A stretch of 20,268 bases of DNA from Clostridia bacterium (GCA_024404275.1 JAKSQG010000015.1:1-20268); one strand, 5' to 3'. Shown: positions 7,170 through 17,075, counted from the first letter of the stretch. The notes: generated by a model not told the origin, from the letters alone. Made by a program: numbers and translations.

Positions 7170-8117
7170 TTAATCGTCAGACGGGCGCAGGCTCAGGCCC
7201 AGCGCCTGCAATTTTTGTTCAACTTCTTCGAGGCTCTTTTTGCCCAGATTGCGAACCTTCATCATATCGTCCTGATTACGCTGCACCAGCTCGCTCACCG
7301 TGTTGATGGCGGCGCGCTTGAGGCAGTTGTAGGCACGCACGGACAAATCCAGCTCCTCGATCGTCATCTCGAGGACCTTGCCCATCTTGTTGTCCTCACT
7401 TGCGGGGGTGCTCACCGTCAGGGTCTGATCGGTCAGACCGACGAACAGCTCCAGCTGGCTGCGAAGGATCTTCGCGGCCATGCTGATCGCCTCGTCCGGC
7501 AACACGGAGCCATTGGTCCACACTTCAAGCGTGAGCTTGTCGTAGTCGGTCACCTGGCCAACGCGTGTATCTTCAACGGTGTAGTTGACCTTGCGCATGG
7601 GAGTGTAGATGGAATCGACCGGGATGACGCCGATGGGCATATTGGCGTTCTTGTTCTTATCGGCAGGAACGTAGCCGCGGCCCATATCAACGGTGATCCA
7701 CAGATGAAGCTTCGCGCCCTCCGCCAGGGTGGCGATGTGCAGATCGGGGTTGATGACCTCGACCTCATCATCCACCATGATATCGGCGGCGGTAACCTCA
7801 CAGGGACCCACAGCATTCAGCTCCAGCGTCTTCATCTGATCGGCGTACATGCGAAGGGAGAGCTCCTTGAAGTTCAGGATCAGCTCCGTCACATCTTCTT
7901 TTACGCCGGGGACGGTTTCGAACTCATGCGGAACGCCTTCAATGCGGATGCTGGTCACTGCCGCACCGGGCAGGGAGTTGAGCAGCACGCGGCGAAGGGC
8001 GTTGCCCAGAGTGTGGCCGAAGCCACGCTCCAGCGGTTCGATAATGAAGCGGCCGTAGGTGTTGTTTTCAGCAACTTCAGCGCACTCAATGCGCGCCTTT
8101 TCAAATTCGGCGATCAC
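7170..8117 (-). CDS. rpoA: DNA-directed RNA polymerase subunit alpha
   Basis: 315 aa, with [39 protein letters not shown] and a C-terminal domain [20 protein letters not shown]. The start codon is GTG at 8117, with GGAGGG 9 nt upstream. Confidence 0.97.
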   Translation of the reverse strand: MIAEFEKARIECAEVAENNTYGRFIIEPLERGFGHTLGNALRRVLLNSLPGAAVTSIRIEGVPHEFETVPGVKEDVTELILNFKELSLRMYADQMKTLELNAVGPCEVTAADIMVDDEVEVINPDLHIATLAEGAKLHLWITVDMGRGYVPADKNKNANMPIGVIPVDSIYTPMRKVNYTVEDTRVGQVTDYDKLTLEVWTNGSVLPDEAISMAAKILRSQLELFVGLTDQTLTVSTPASEDNKMGKVLEMTIEELDLSVRAYNCLKRAAINTVSELVQRNQDDMMKVRNLGKKSLEEVEQKLQALGLSLRPSDD

Positions 8118-8173
8118 TTCGTTCTACCCTCCTATTAAAATCACGTCGTTTGGTTAACAGTTGCGACGATCAA

Positions 8174-8770
8174 TTAACGGGAGTAGAATTCAACGATCAT
8201 GTTCTCCTGCAGCTGCAGATCGATATCATCGCGGGCGGGCAGCGCCAGCACCTTACCGGTCAGCTGGGGAGCGTCGAAGTTGAGCCACTTGGGGGTCACG
8301 GCGGTGGTGCCTTCACGCAGGCTCTTGAACATTTCGCTCTCGGTGGAACGCTGGCGCAGAGTGATCACATCGCCAACCTTCACAGAGTAAGAGGGAATGT
8401 CCACCTTCTTGCCGTTGACGCAGATGTGGCCATGGCCAACAACCTGGCGGGCCATGCGGCGGGTCTTGGCCAGGCCAAGGCGATACACCACATTGTCCAG
8501 GCGCAGCTCCAGCAGCTGGAGCATGCACTCACCGGTGATGCCCTTCATGTTGGAAGCCTTCTCAAAATAGTGGCGGAACTGCTTTTCCTGCACACCATAT
8601 ACAAACTTTACCTTCTGCTTCTCCTGCAGCTGGGCGCCGTATTCGGAAACCTTCTTACGGCGGTTGCCGCCGGGATTGCGGGTGGATTTTTTATTGCCAT
8701 AGCCCATGACGGCCGGGGAGATATCAAAAGCCCGGCACTTCTTGGCGATAGGCTGCTTGTTGACTGCCAT
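8174..8770 (-). CDS. rpsD: 30S ribosomal protein S4
   Basis: SEYGAQLQEKQKVKFVYGVQEKQFRHYF and an S4 RNA-binding domain LDNVVYRLGLAKTRRMARQVVGHGHICVNGKKVDIPSY. I place the start at ATG 8770, with AAGGAGGA 7 nt upstream, not at the track start 8821. Confidence 0.95.
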   Translation of the reverse strand: MAVNKQPIAKKCRAFDISPAVMGYGNKKSTRNPGGNRRKKVSEYGAQLQEKQKVKFVYGVQEKQFRHYFEKASNMKGITGECMLQLLELRLDNVVYRLGLAKTRRMARQVVGHGHICVNGKKVDIPSYSVKVGDVITLRQRSTESEMFKSLREGTTAVTPKWLNFDAPQLTGKVLALPARDDIDLQLQENMIVEFYSR

Positions 8771-8790
8771 GTTATTTCGTCCTCCTTCAA

Positions 8791-9198
8791 TTACACGCGA
8801 CGACGCTTGGGCGGACGGCAACCGTTATGCGGAATAGGCGTCACGTCCTTGATCATGGTGATCTCCAGGCCGGCAGCCTGCAGCGCACGAATCGCGGATT
8901 CACGGCCGGAACCGGGGCCCTTGACGAAAACATCCACCGACTTGAGGCCAAACTCGGTGCTGGCCTTGGCGGCAGCCTCGGCGGCCATCTGAGCGGCAAA
9001 GGGAGTGCTCTTCTTGTTGCCGCGGAAGCCCATGCCACCGGCGGAAGACCAGGAAAGAGCGTTACCATTCATATCGGTGATGGTCACAATGGTATTGTTG
9101 AAGGAAGAACTGATGTGCGCCACGCCGCGCTCAACGATTTTCTTTTCACGGCGCTTGCGAACAATCTTCTTCGCTTTGGGTTGAGCTTTGGGTGCCAT
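8791..9198 (-). CDS. rpsK: 30S ribosomal protein S11
   Basis: [46 protein letters not shown]...[18 protein letters not shown] at 9198 with GGAGGG SD. Confidence 0.97.
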   Translation of the reverse strand: MAPKAQPKAKKIVRKRREKKIVERGVAHISSSFNNTIVTITDMNGNALSWSSAGGMGFRGNKKSTPFAAQMAAEAAAKASTEFGLKSVDVFVKGPGSGRESAIRALQAAGLEITMIKDVTPIPHNGCRPPKRRRV

Positions 9199-9243
9199 TT
9201 ATAATCCCTCCACGCCCCGTTAATGGGGCATCATCAATTCAGC

Positions 9244-9621
9244 TTACTTGGTAGCCTTTTTCTTGCCAGCAACCTGCTTCTTGGGACCCTTGCGGGTACG
9301 AGCATTCTGCTTGGTATTCTGGCCGCGGACAGGCAGGCCACGACGATGACGCACACCGCGATAGCTGCCGATTTCCATAAGGCGCTTGATATTGAGCGAA
9401 ACATCGCGGCGCAGGTCACCTTCGACCTTCACGTTATGCTCGATGTAATCGCGCAGTTTGCTGATTTCGTTCTCGGAGAGATCCTTAACGCGGGTATCCG
9501 GATTGATGCCGGTCTCAGCAATGATCTGCTGGGAAGTGGTCAGACCGATACCGTAGATATAGGTCAGGCCGATTTCCACGCGCTTCTCTCTGGGCAGGTC
9601 TACGCCCGCAATACGTGCCAT
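9244..9621 (-). CDS. rpsM: 30S ribosomal protein S13
   Basis: [26 protein letters not shown]...[32 protein letters not shown] at 9621 with GGAGGTG SD. Confidence 0.97.
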   Translation of the reverse strand: MARIAGVDLPREKRVEIGLTYIYGIGLTTSQQIIAETGINPDTRVKDLSENEISKLRDYIEHNVKVEGDLRRDVSLNIKRLMEIGSYRGVRHRRGLPVRGQNTKQNARTRKGPKKQVAGKKKATK

Positions 9622-9817
9622 GTTTGGTTACACCTCCAAATGTGTTCGGTTGTTACAACCGTGGGACCGGGTGGGAAAGACCCCGGAAGTGTATGGTTAC
9701 TGCCAATGGTCCCTCCGGGCTTGACCCTTCGGGCAGCCGCCCACGGCAGACAGCCATCATTAAGAATGCTGCCGAATGAATCGGCATGTAAGGGAAATCA
9801 GTTTTCCCTGTGAAAGG
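9622..9817 (-). promoter_or_regulatory. Long structured intergenic leader between rpmJ and rpsM (candidate ribosomal-protein autoregulatory leader)
   Basis: The 196-nt gap is far longer than the other junctions in the operon, which are 1-30 nt. Minus-strand hairpins include agggaaa/tttccct (9809-9791), tgccga/tcggca (9785-9771) and cggtt/aaccg (9660-9646). There are competing pairings cccgga:tccggg, gggacc:ggtccc and ccggg:cccgg, and the SD sits at the 3' edge. Confidence 0.45.
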
Positions 9818-10202
<385 letters not shown>

Positions 10203-10258
10203 AGCGGTGAACCCTCCTTGATATGCTCAGTCGCATTTCACCTTTGCTTCTCCGCGCT

Positions 10259-10567
10259 TTATTCGGGAAGATGAGCCGCCGGCATACCGGGCGCAGCCTC
10301 GCCCGGCCGGAAGGGCTTGAGGACCTTTCGCAGGTCCGCGTCCTTCAGGCGGTTCACAGCATAAAGCGAGAGGATTTCGGGCGCCTCATGCGGCGTCGCG
10401 CGCAGATGCTTGATCTTTTTGCGTTTCGGCTTTTCAAGCTTTCGCATCTTGCCGTCGCAAATCAGAACGTATTCTGCGTCCACTACATATAATACCACAA
10501 AAGGGTACCCTTTGTCACGCCCTTTTTTGGAAAAAACAACATTTCCTGCACGAATTTCTGCGTTCAA
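10259..10567 (-). CDS. KOW-domain RNA-binding protein (small uncharacterised protein found between map and infA in Clostridia)
   Basis: KOW motif AGNVVFSKKGRDKGYPFVVL and a basic stretch KLEKPKRKKIKHL. The TTG start at 10567 overlaps the map TGA (TTGA), with AAAGGAGAA inside the 3' end of map. Confidence 0.75.
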   Translation of the reverse strand: MNAEIRAGNVVFSKKGRDKGYPFVVLYVVDAEYVLICDGKMRKLEKPKRKKIKHLRATPHEAPEILSLYAVNRLKDADLRKVLKPFRPGEAAPGMPAAHLPE

Positions 10568-11355
10568 ATGTTATTTTCTCCTTTCACAGCCTCCGGCCAG
10601 GCAAAGCCGGGGTAGGTCAGAAGCTCCGGAAGGCCCTGAGTGACCACAATGGTATGCTCATAGTGGGCCGCGGGCTTATGATCATTGGTCACGCAGGTCC
10701 AGCCGTCACGCAGCTGATGCACCTGCCAATGGCCGCGGGCGATCATGGGTTCGATGCAGATGGTCATGCCGCGGCGCAGACGCACACCGTGTCCGGCCAT
10801 GCCGAAGTTGGGCACAGCGGGGTCCTCATGCATGTCCTTGCCGATGCCGTGGCCGGTCAGGTCACGGATGACGCCATAGTTGTGGCTTTCCGCCAACTGC
10901 TGCACCGCGGAGCTGATATCGCCGATGCGGTTGCCATCCAGCGCCATGCGAGCGCCCGTAAAGAAGCACTCCTCCGTGACGCGGATCAGCTCTTCATCCT
11001 CCGGCTTGATCTTGCCAAGACCCTTTGTAAAGGCGCTGTCCGCCATCCAGCCGTCCAGCGACAGCACCGTATCGATGCTGACGATATCGCCTTCCTCCAT
11101 GGTAACATGCTTGGAAGGGATGCCGTGCACCACCTCATCGTTGATGGAGATGCACAGGGTGGCGGGAAAGCCTTCATAGCCCAGGCAACAGGGCACTGCC
11201 TTGTTGCGGCGCATCAGGTCATAGGCAAAATGATCCAGATCCCACGTCGTCATGCCGGGGGCCATTTCCTCGCGGATCTGCTGCAGGATGTCATAGAGCA
11301 GATGACCGGCAGAGCGCATTTTGCCCAGCTGGACATCGTTTTTAATGCTGATCAT
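10564..11355 (-). CDS. map: Type I methionine aminopeptidase
   Basis: 263 aa. Metal-ligand context VVHGIP, DIVSIDT, DSAFT, GHGIG, EPM and YEHTIVVT. ATG at 11355 lies only 2 nt after the adk TGA. Confidence 0.95.
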   Translation of the reverse strand: MISIKNDVQLGKMRSAGHLLYDILQQIREEMAPGMTTWDLDHFAYDLMRRNKAVPCCLGYEGFPATLCISINDEVVHGIPSKHVTMEEGDIVSIDTVLSLDGWMADSAFTKGLGKIKPEDEELIRVTEECFFTGARMALDGNRIGDISSAVQQLAESHNYGVIRDLTGHGIGKDMHEDPAVPNFGMAGHGVRLRRGMTICIEPMIARGHWQVHQLRDGWTCVTNDHKPAAHYEHTIVVTQGLPELLTYPGFAWPEAVKGENNI

Positions 11356-11357
11356 TT

Positions 11358-11981
11358 TCAGTCCATCTTGAGGGCGGTCAGAACCGCCTTGTAGTTTTCA
11401 TCCACCGTGCCGGTGCAGTCGGCAGTAACCAGCACACCCTTGCCCGCATAGTAATCGATGAGGGGGGCGGTCTTCTCGGCATACACGTTCAGACGGTTCT
11501 TGACGGTCTCGGGCTTGTCATCATCACGCTGATACAGCTCGCCGCCGCAAGCGGGGCAGGCATTGTCCTTCAGCATGGAGATGTGATAGGTGCCGCCGCA
11601 CTTGGCGCACACACGGCGGCCGCCCAGACGGCTGATGATCACCTCATCGGGCACGGCAATGTTGAGCGCGACATCGATCTGAGCGATCTTGTCCAGCTCT
11701 TCCGCCTGCTTGACGGTGCGGGGGAAGCCGTCCAGAATGTAGCCGTTCTGGCAATCCGCCTCGGCCAGACGTTCCTTGACCATGGCAATGACGACCTCAT
11801 CGGGCACCAGATCACCGCGGTCCATATATTCCTTGGCCTTCATGCCGGTGGGCGTCTGCTCACGGATGGCACGGCGGAACATATCGCCGGTGGAAATCTG
11901 GGGGATCCCCTTGTCGTTCATCAGACGCTGAGCCTGGGTACCCTTGCCTGCGCCGGGAGCACCGAGAAATACGATATTCAT
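11358..11981 (-). CDS. adk: Adenylate kinase (Zn-lid form)
   Basis: MNIVFLGAPGAGKGTQ P-loop. The LID has CAKCGGTYH...CPACGGEL (CxxC...CxxC). I place the start at ATG 11981, with GGAGAG 7 nt upstream, not at the track start 12077. Confidence 0.95.
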   Translation of the reverse strand: MNIVFLGAPGAGKGTQAQRLMNDKGIPQISTGDMFRRAIREQTPTGMKAKEYMDRGDLVPDEVVIAMVKERLAEADCQNGYILDGFPRTVKQAEELDKIAQIDVALNIAVPDEVIISRLGGRRVCAKCGGTYHISMLKDNACPACGGELYQRDDDKPETVKNRLNVYAEKTAPLIDYYAGKGVLVTADCTGTVDENYKAVLTALKMD

Positions 11982-12063
11982 TGATCTTCTCTCCTGTGTG
12001 GTAGGTTGACCGATGGCCCTGCGGCCTCGGAAGGAATGTGAAAAATGGGGGTCTCTTTGAATG

Positions 12064-12102
12064 CCACAAAATCCCATTCCGTTTTTGACGACGGAATGGG
12101 AT
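12064..12102 (-). terminator. Intrinsic terminator/attenuator-like hairpin between secY and adk
   Basis: The minus strand reads atcccattccgt (12102-12091), an 8-nt loop, then acggaatgggat (12082-12071), a perfect 12 bp stem followed by UUUGUGG. It lies 32 nt after the secY stop. Confidence 0.6.
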
Positions 12103-12134
12103 GTTTGCAGTTTTGTTTCAGCGCCCTTTAAGGA

Positions 12135-13418
12135 TTAAAGGAAACCCTTGTAGTGACGCATGACCAGCTGGGCTTCCACCTGACGGACAGTCTCGATGGC
12201 GACACTCACAGCGATCAGGATGGAAGACGCGGCAAAGGGAATCTGCACGTGGTTCCAAACAGACAGCAGAGTGGGCACAGTGGCCAGAACGGCCAGGAAG
12301 AGACCGGCGAACAGGGTCAGACGGTTGGAAGTACGGGTGAGGTAATCCACCGTGTTCTTGCCCGGACGGATGCCGCGGATGTTGCCGCCCTGCTTCTGCA
12401 GGTTATCGGCGATGTCACGCGGGTTGAAGGTGATGCTGGTGTAGAAGTAAGAGAAGGCGACGATCAGCAGAGCGCAAACCAGCATGTACCAGAAAGAAGT
12501 CTGGCCCATGTAGCGAGCCCACCACTGATAGACACCGCTCTGGGCGCCGAACATGGCGAAGATCGTGCTCGGGAAGCTCAGGAAGGAGTAGGCGAAGATC
12601 AGGGGCAGAACGCCGACGGCGATGACCTTGAGCGGGATATGGGTGCTCTGGCCGCCGTAGATCTTGCGGTTGACAACCTTCTTGGCATACTGAACCGGAA
12701 TACGGCGCTCGCCGCAGTCAACGAAAGTAACCAGGGTCGTGATGACCAGCAGGCTGATGACGATGACCAGGAACTGCCAGAAGTTGGCGCCATAGTTGGT
12801 GATACCAACAGCGTCGGTGAAGGCAGTCAGGATGCCGTTAAACAGGTTGGAGATGATACCGGCGAAGATCAGCAGAGAAACGCCGTTGCCGATACCCTTC
12901 TTGGTGATGCGCTCGCCGATCCACATGGCCAGGGCAGTACCGCCGGCCATGATGATACCGATGGAGACATAACCGAAGAAGTTCTGATAAGCAGGGAGCA
13001 CGACCTGGTAGGTGCGCTGCAGACCGGCAATGATGCCGATGGCCTGCAGGGCAGCCAGACCGACGGTCATGTAACGGGTGATGCGGTTGATCTTGCGGCG
13101 GCCTTCTTCGCCACCCTCCTTCTGGAGACGCTCCAGGGAGGGAATGGCAACGGCCAGCAGCTGCATAATAATGCTGGAGTTGATGTAGGGGGTGATACCC
13201 ATGGCCATGACAGTCATCTGGCTGAAGGTATTACCGGTCATCATGTTGAGCAGACCGAGCATATCATACTGCGCGGCAGCCTGAGACACGGAGCTGGCGT
13301 CCACGCCGGGCACCGGAATGACACCGACCAGGCGGAACAGCACCAGCATAAGGAAAGTGTAGACCAGCTTTTTGCGCAGATCCTCGACCTTCCATGCGTT
13401 ACGCAGCGTATCCCACAT
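12135..13418 (-). CDS. secY: Preprotein translocase subunit SecY
   Basis: A 427 aa polytopic membrane protein with GITPYINSSIIMQLL and GERITKKGIGNGVSLLIFAGI. ATG at 13418 is 1 nt from the rplO TGA. Confidence 0.97.
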   Translation of the reverse strand: MWDTLRNAWKVEDLRKKLVYTFLMLVLFRLVGVIPVPGVDASSVSQAAAQYDMLGLLNMMTGNTFSQMTVMAMGITPYINSSIIMQLLAVAIPSLERLQKEGGEEGRRKINRITRYMTVGLAALQAIGIIAGLQRTYQVVLPAYQNFFGYVSIGIIMAGGTALAMWIGERITKKGIGNGVSLLIFAGIISNLFNGILTAFTDAVGITNYGANFWQFLVIVISLLVITTLVTFVDCGERRIPVQYAKKVVNRKIYGGQSTHIPLKVIAVGVLPLIFAYSFLSFPSTIFAMFGAQSGVYQWWARYMGQTSFWYMLVCALLIVAFSYFYTSITFNPRDIADNLQKQGGNIRGIRPGKNTVDYLTRTSNRLTLFAGLFLAVLATVPTLLSVWNHVQIPFAASSILIAVSVAIETVRQVEAQLVMRHYKGFL

Positions 13419-13419
13419 G

Positions 13420-13860
13420 TCAGATCACCTCGGCTTTCCCGCCGACCGCCTCGATCTTCTCCTTCGCGGAAGCAGTGACCTTGGTCACCTGCACGGTGAG
13501 CTTCTTGGTCAGCTCGCCGCCGCCGAGAATTTTGACGCCGTCCTTGACACCCTTGACCAGACCGGCTTCCTTGAGCAGGGCAACCGTCACGACGGTGTCG
13601 TTCTCAAAGATCTCCAGGCTGCCAACGTTCACGGTGGCGTATTCCTTGGCATAAATGTTGGTAAAGCCGCGCTTGGGCAGACGGCGGGTCAGAGGCATCT
13701 GGCCGCCCTCAAATCCCGGACGCTTGCCGCCGCCGGAGCGGGCTTTGGCGCCCTTGTGGCCTTTACCGGAGGTCTTGCCAAGACCGGATCCTACGCCTCG
13801 ACCGAGGCGCTTCGGAGCAGTCGTAGAGCCGATAGCCGGCTGCAACTCGTGCAAATTCAT
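13420..13860 (-). CDS. rplO: 50S ribosomal protein L15
   Basis: [37 protein letters not shown]...[15 protein letters not shown]. Confidence 0.96.
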   Translation of the reverse strand: MNLHELQPAIGSTTAPKRLGRGVGSGLGKTSGKGHKGAKARSGGGKRPGFEGGQMPLTRRLPKRGFTNIYAKEYATVNVGSLEIFENDTVVTVALLKEAGLVKGVKDGVKILGGGELTKKLTVQVTKVTASAKEKIEAVGGKAEVI

Positions 13861-13873
13861 GAGGGTGGCCTCC

Positions 13874-14056
13874 TTATTCGTTGATTTCTTCGACCTTGAC
13901 CATGTGCTTCACAACGAAGATCTGGCCGCGGACACAAGCGTTATCGTTGTGCACGACGGTCTGACCCACCTTGCGCAGGCCCAGGGCCTTGACGGTGTCG
14001 ATGTGCTTCTGCAGGCAGGCAATGGGGGACTTAACGAGCGTAATCTTCAGCTTCAT
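13874..14056 (-). CDS. rpmD: 50S ribosomal protein L30
   Basis: [58 protein letters not shown] (60 aa). I place the start at ATG 14056, with GGAGGG 8 nt upstream, not at the track start 14146. Confidence 0.93.
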   Translation of the reverse strand: MKLKITLVKSPIACLQKHIDTVKALGLRKVGQTVVHNDNACVRGQIFVVKHMVKVEEINE

Positions 14057-14070
14057 TTTACAGTCCCTCC

Positions 14071-14586
14071 TCAGCCCAGGATCTCTTCCACGGTCTTGCC
14101 GCGCAGCTGCGCGACCTGTTCCGCGGAGCGGAGATTCTTCAGGCACTCGATCGTCGCCTTAACGGTGTTGATCTTGTTGTTGGAGCCGAAGCTCTTGGTG
14201 CGGATGTCCTTGATGCCGGCCAGTTCCAGAACGGGACGGGCAGCGCCACCGGCGATCACGCCGGCGCCTTCCTCAGCGGGAAGCAGGACGACCTTCGCGG
14301 TGCCATAGTAACCGGTGACGGGGTGCGGAATGGTGGTGCCGGTCACAGGCACGTTGACAAGATGCTTCTTGCCGTCTTCATTGGCCTTGCGGATGGCTTC
14401 GGGAACTTCCTTGGCCTTGCCCATGCCAACGCCTACACGGCCGTTCTTGTCGCCGATGACGACCAGGGCCACGAAGCGCATATTGCGGCCGCCCTTAACG
14501 GTCTTGGATACGCGGTTGACCTCAACCAGCTTCTCCTCAAATTCGCTCTGGGGCTCTTCGCGGCGATCACGATTTCTGCGTTCCAT
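14071..14586 (-). CDS. rpsE: 30S ribosomal protein S5
   Basis: [51 protein letters not shown] and the rest of the protein match S5. Confidence 0.97.
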   Translation of the reverse strand: MERRNRDRREEPQSEFEEKLVEVNRVSKTVKGGRNMRFVALVVIGDKNGRVGVGMGKAKEVPEAIRKANEDGKKHLVNVPVTGTTIPHPVTGYYGTAKVVLLPAEEGAGVIAGGAARPVLELAGIKDIRTKSFGSNNKINTVKATIECLKNLRSAEQVAQLRGKTVEEILG

Positions 14587-14606
14587 TTGCGTCCTTTGCC
14601 TCCTTC

Positions 14607-14975
14607 TCAGAATTCAAGGCCCGCTTCACGGGCGCCATCAGCAAGGGCCTTTACACGGCCGGTATACAGATAGCCGCCGCGATCGAAGACGACCTTGTCG
14701 ATGCCGGCCTGCTTGGCACGCTCGGCAACCAGCTTGCCAATCAGCTTGGCTTCGCCGGTCTTGTCCACTTCTTCCGTCTGGCCCTTCATGGCGGGATCCA
14801 GGGAGGAAGCCTGCACCAGGGTGATGCCCTTGGTATCGTCGATCACCTGGGCATAAATGTACTTGTTGCTGCGATAGACGCACAGACGCGGCATTTCAGG
14901 GGTGCCGCTGATCTTTTTGCGGACGCGAGCATGGCGGATTACGCGCACTTCATTACGGTCACGCTTTTTGAACAT
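14607..14975 (-). CDS. rplR: 50S ribosomal protein L18
   Basis: [34 protein letters not shown]...[28 protein letters not shown]. Confidence 0.97.
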   Translation of the reverse strand: MFKKRDRNEVRVIRHARVRKKISGTPEMPRLCVYRSNKYIYAQVIDDTKGITLVQASSLDPAMKGQTEEVDKTGEAKLIGKLVAERAKQAGIDKVVFDRGGYLYTGRVKALADGAREAGLEF

Positions 14976-14993
14976 TTGCAGTCACTCCTTTCC

Positions 14994-15533
14994 TTACTTA
15001 CCGCTCTTGCCTTCCTTGCGCAGGATGTGCTCATCTTCGTACTTGATGCCCTTGCCCAGGTAGGGTTCGGGCTTACGGATGGCACGGATATCCGCGGCAA
15101 GGTTACCAACCTGCTGCTTATCGGCGCCCTTCACCACGATCTTGGTCTGCGCGGGGCACTCAAAGGTGATGCCGGCGGGCGCAGGAATGATCACGGGATG
15201 GGAGAAACCGATGTTGATGTTCAGGGTGTTGTTTTCCACAGACGCGCGATAGCCGGTACCGACCATTTCCAGCGTCTTGGCAAAGCCCTCGCTCACGCCC
15301 TTGACCATGTTGGCCACCAGAGCGCGATACAGGCCGTGCATGGCCTTGTGGGGCTTAGCATCGGAAGGACGGGTCAGGGTAATGACGTTGCCTTCCTGCT
15401 TCACGGTGATAACGGGGTTCACCTGCTGGGACAGGGTGCCTTTGGGACCCTTGACGGTGACGAGGTTGTTCTCGTCAATGGTAACCGTCACGCCGGCGGG
15501 AACCGTAATCGGAAGCTTACCGATTCGAGACAT
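14994..15533 (-). CDS. rplF: 50S ribosomal protein L6
   Basis: [35 protein letters not shown]...[22 protein letters not shown]. Confidence 0.97.
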   Translation of the reverse strand: MSRIGKLPITVPAGVTVTIDENNLVTVKGPKGTLSQQVNPVITVKQEGNVITLTRPSDAKPHKAMHGLYRALVANMVKGVSEGFAKTLEMVGTGYRASVENNTLNINIGFSHPVIIPAPAGITFECPAQTKIVVKGADKQQVGNLAADIRAIRKPEPYLGKGIKYEDEHILRKEGKSGK

Positions 15534-15558
15534 TCTTTTTTACCTCCTAAGCGTGCAA

Positions 15559-15960
15559 TTACCAGATGTAGCAGAGAACTTCGCCGCCGAGATTTTCCTT
15601 GCGGGCGACACGGTCCACCATCAGGCCCTTAGAGGTGCTGATGATGGCGATGCCCAGACCGCCCAGAACCTTGGGCAGCTCCTCGCAGCGGGCATAAACG
15701 CGCAGACCGGGCTTGGAAATGCGCTTCAGGCCGGCAATGACGGGGGTGGACTTACCGTTGACATACTTGAGCACCAGCTTCAGCTGGCCCTGCAGGCCGT
15801 CATCGATCTCTTCGAAGGACTTGATGTAGCCTTCTTCGAGCAGAATCTTGGCAATGGCCTTCTTGGTGTTGCTGGCGGGCATCACAACGTTCTCATGACG
15901 TTCGATCTGAGCGTTGCGGATACGGGTGAGCATATCGGCAATAGGATCATTGATTACCAT
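15559..15960 (-). CDS. rpsH: 30S ribosomal protein S8
   Basis: [46 protein letters not shown]...[10 protein letters not shown] place the start at ATG 15960, with AAGGAGGA upstream, not at the track start 16128. Confidence 0.96.
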   Translation of the reverse strand: MVINDPIADMLTRIRNAQIERHENVVMPASNTKKAIAKILLEEGYIKSFEEIDDGLQGQLKLVLKYVNGKSTPVIAGLKRISKPGLRVYARCEELPKVLGGLGIAIISTSKGLMVDRVARKENLGGEVLCYIW

Positions 15961-15976
15961 TACTGTTTCCTCCTTC

Positions 15977-16162
15977 TTACCAGCTCGCCTTGCGGACGCC
16001 GGGAATCTGGCCCTTGTAAGCCAGCTCACGGAAGCAGATACGGCAGAGGCCGTAACGGCGCAGTACGCTGTGCGGACGGCCGCACAGGCGGCAGCGGGTG
16101 TAAGCGCGGGTGGAGAACTTCGGCTCACGCTGCTGCTTGAGTTTCATGCTGAGTTTTGCCAT
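15977..16162 (-). CDS. rpsN: 30S ribosomal protein S14, type Z (Zn-binding, 61 aa)
   Basis: [61 protein letters not shown], with a CxxC...CxxC motif. Confidence 0.96.
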   Translation of the reverse strand: MAKLSMKLKQQREPKFSTRAYTRCRLCGRPHSVLRRYGLCRICFRELAYKGQIPGVRKASW

Positions 16163-16179
16163 TTTTGTCTCCTCCTCGC

Positions 16180-16722
16180 TTAATGTTCAAAAGGCATACC
16201 GAGCAGGCGAAGCAGTTCCTTCGCTTCCTCGTCGGTCTGGGCAGTGGTGACAAAGATCATTTCCATGCCGCGTACTTTTTCCACCTTATCGTATTCGATT
16301 TCGGGGAAGAGCAGCTGCTCCTTGATGCCCAGGCTGTAGTTGCCGCGACCATCGAAGGCCTTGGCGCTCACGCCGCGGAAGTCGCGGACGCGGGGCAGGG
16401 CCACGCTGATCAGCTTGTCCATGAACTCTTCCATACGGGCGCCGCGCAGGGTCACCTTGGCACCGACGTTCTGGCCTTCGCGAACCTTGAAGTTAGCGAT
16501 GCTCTTCTTGGCCTGCGTGACCTGGGGCTTCTGGCCGGCGATCTGGGTCAGTTCACTCACAGCAACTTCCAGAGCCTTGGCGTTGTCCTTGCAATCGCCC
16601 AGGCCCATGTTGATGACGATCTTGTCCAGCTTGGGGATCATCATCACGTTCTTGTAGCCGAACTTCTGCTGAAGAGCAGGAACGGCTTCGGTCAGGTATT
16701 TTTCCTTAATACGGGTAGCCAT
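16180..16722 (-). CDS. rplE: 50S ribosomal protein L5
   Basis: [26 protein letters not shown]...[19 protein letters not shown]...[16 protein letters not shown]. Confidence 0.97.
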   Translation of the reverse strand: MATRIKEKYLTEAVPALQQKFGYKNVMMIPKLDKIVINMGLGDCKDNAKALEVAVSELTQIAGQKPQVTQAKKSIANFKVREGQNVGAKVTLRGARMEEFMDKLISVALPRVRDFRGVSAKAFDGRGNYSLGIKEQLLFPEIEYDKVEKVRGMEMIFVTTAQTDEEAKELLRLLGMPFEH

Positions 16723-16740
16723 ATTACCGTTTCCTCCTTA

Positions 16741-17058
16741 TCAGTCAATCTGTTCGTGGCACTTTTTGCAGATGCGGGTCTTGCTGCCGTCGGCGTTGAC
16801 CTTGATGGCAACACGGGCGGGGCGGCCGCACTTCTTGCACACCAGCATAACGTTGCTGGCGTCGATGGCGGCTTCCTGCTTGATGATACCGCCGGGCATA
16901 CCCTGACCACGGGGCTTCTGGTGCTTGGTCACCATGTTGACGCCTTCGACAACGACCTTACCGGTCTTGGGAAGAGCGGTCACAACGGTGCCCTTGGTGC
17001 CCTTGTCCTGGCCGGAAATGACGATGACCTGATCCTTGGCTTTAACATGCAGCTTCAT
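16741..17058 (-). CDS. rplX: 50S ribosomal protein L24 (4-Cys C-terminal variant)
   Basis: MKLHVKAKDQVIVISGQDKGTKGTVVTALPKTGKVVVEGVNMVTKHQKP contains the KOW motif. The C-terminus is CKKCGRPARV...RICKKCHEQID. Confidence 0.96.
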   Translation of the reverse strand: MKLHVKAKDQVIVISGQDKGTKGTVVTALPKTGKVVVEGVNMVTKHQKPRGQGMPGGIIKQEAAIDASNVMLVCKKCGRPARVAIKVNADGSKTRICKKCHEQID

Positions 17059-17075
17059 AATCTGTCATCCTCCTC

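Noticed and set aside
8771-8821. N-terminal extensions in the ORF track for rpsD (to 8821), adk (to 12077), rpmD (to 14146), rpsH (to 16128), the sanA-like gene (to 4733) and the SH3b gene (to 6053).
   Set aside because: In each case an internal start with a well-spaced GGAGG-type SD reproduces the canonical protein N-terminus. The extensions overlap the upstream gene or promoter and have no SD.
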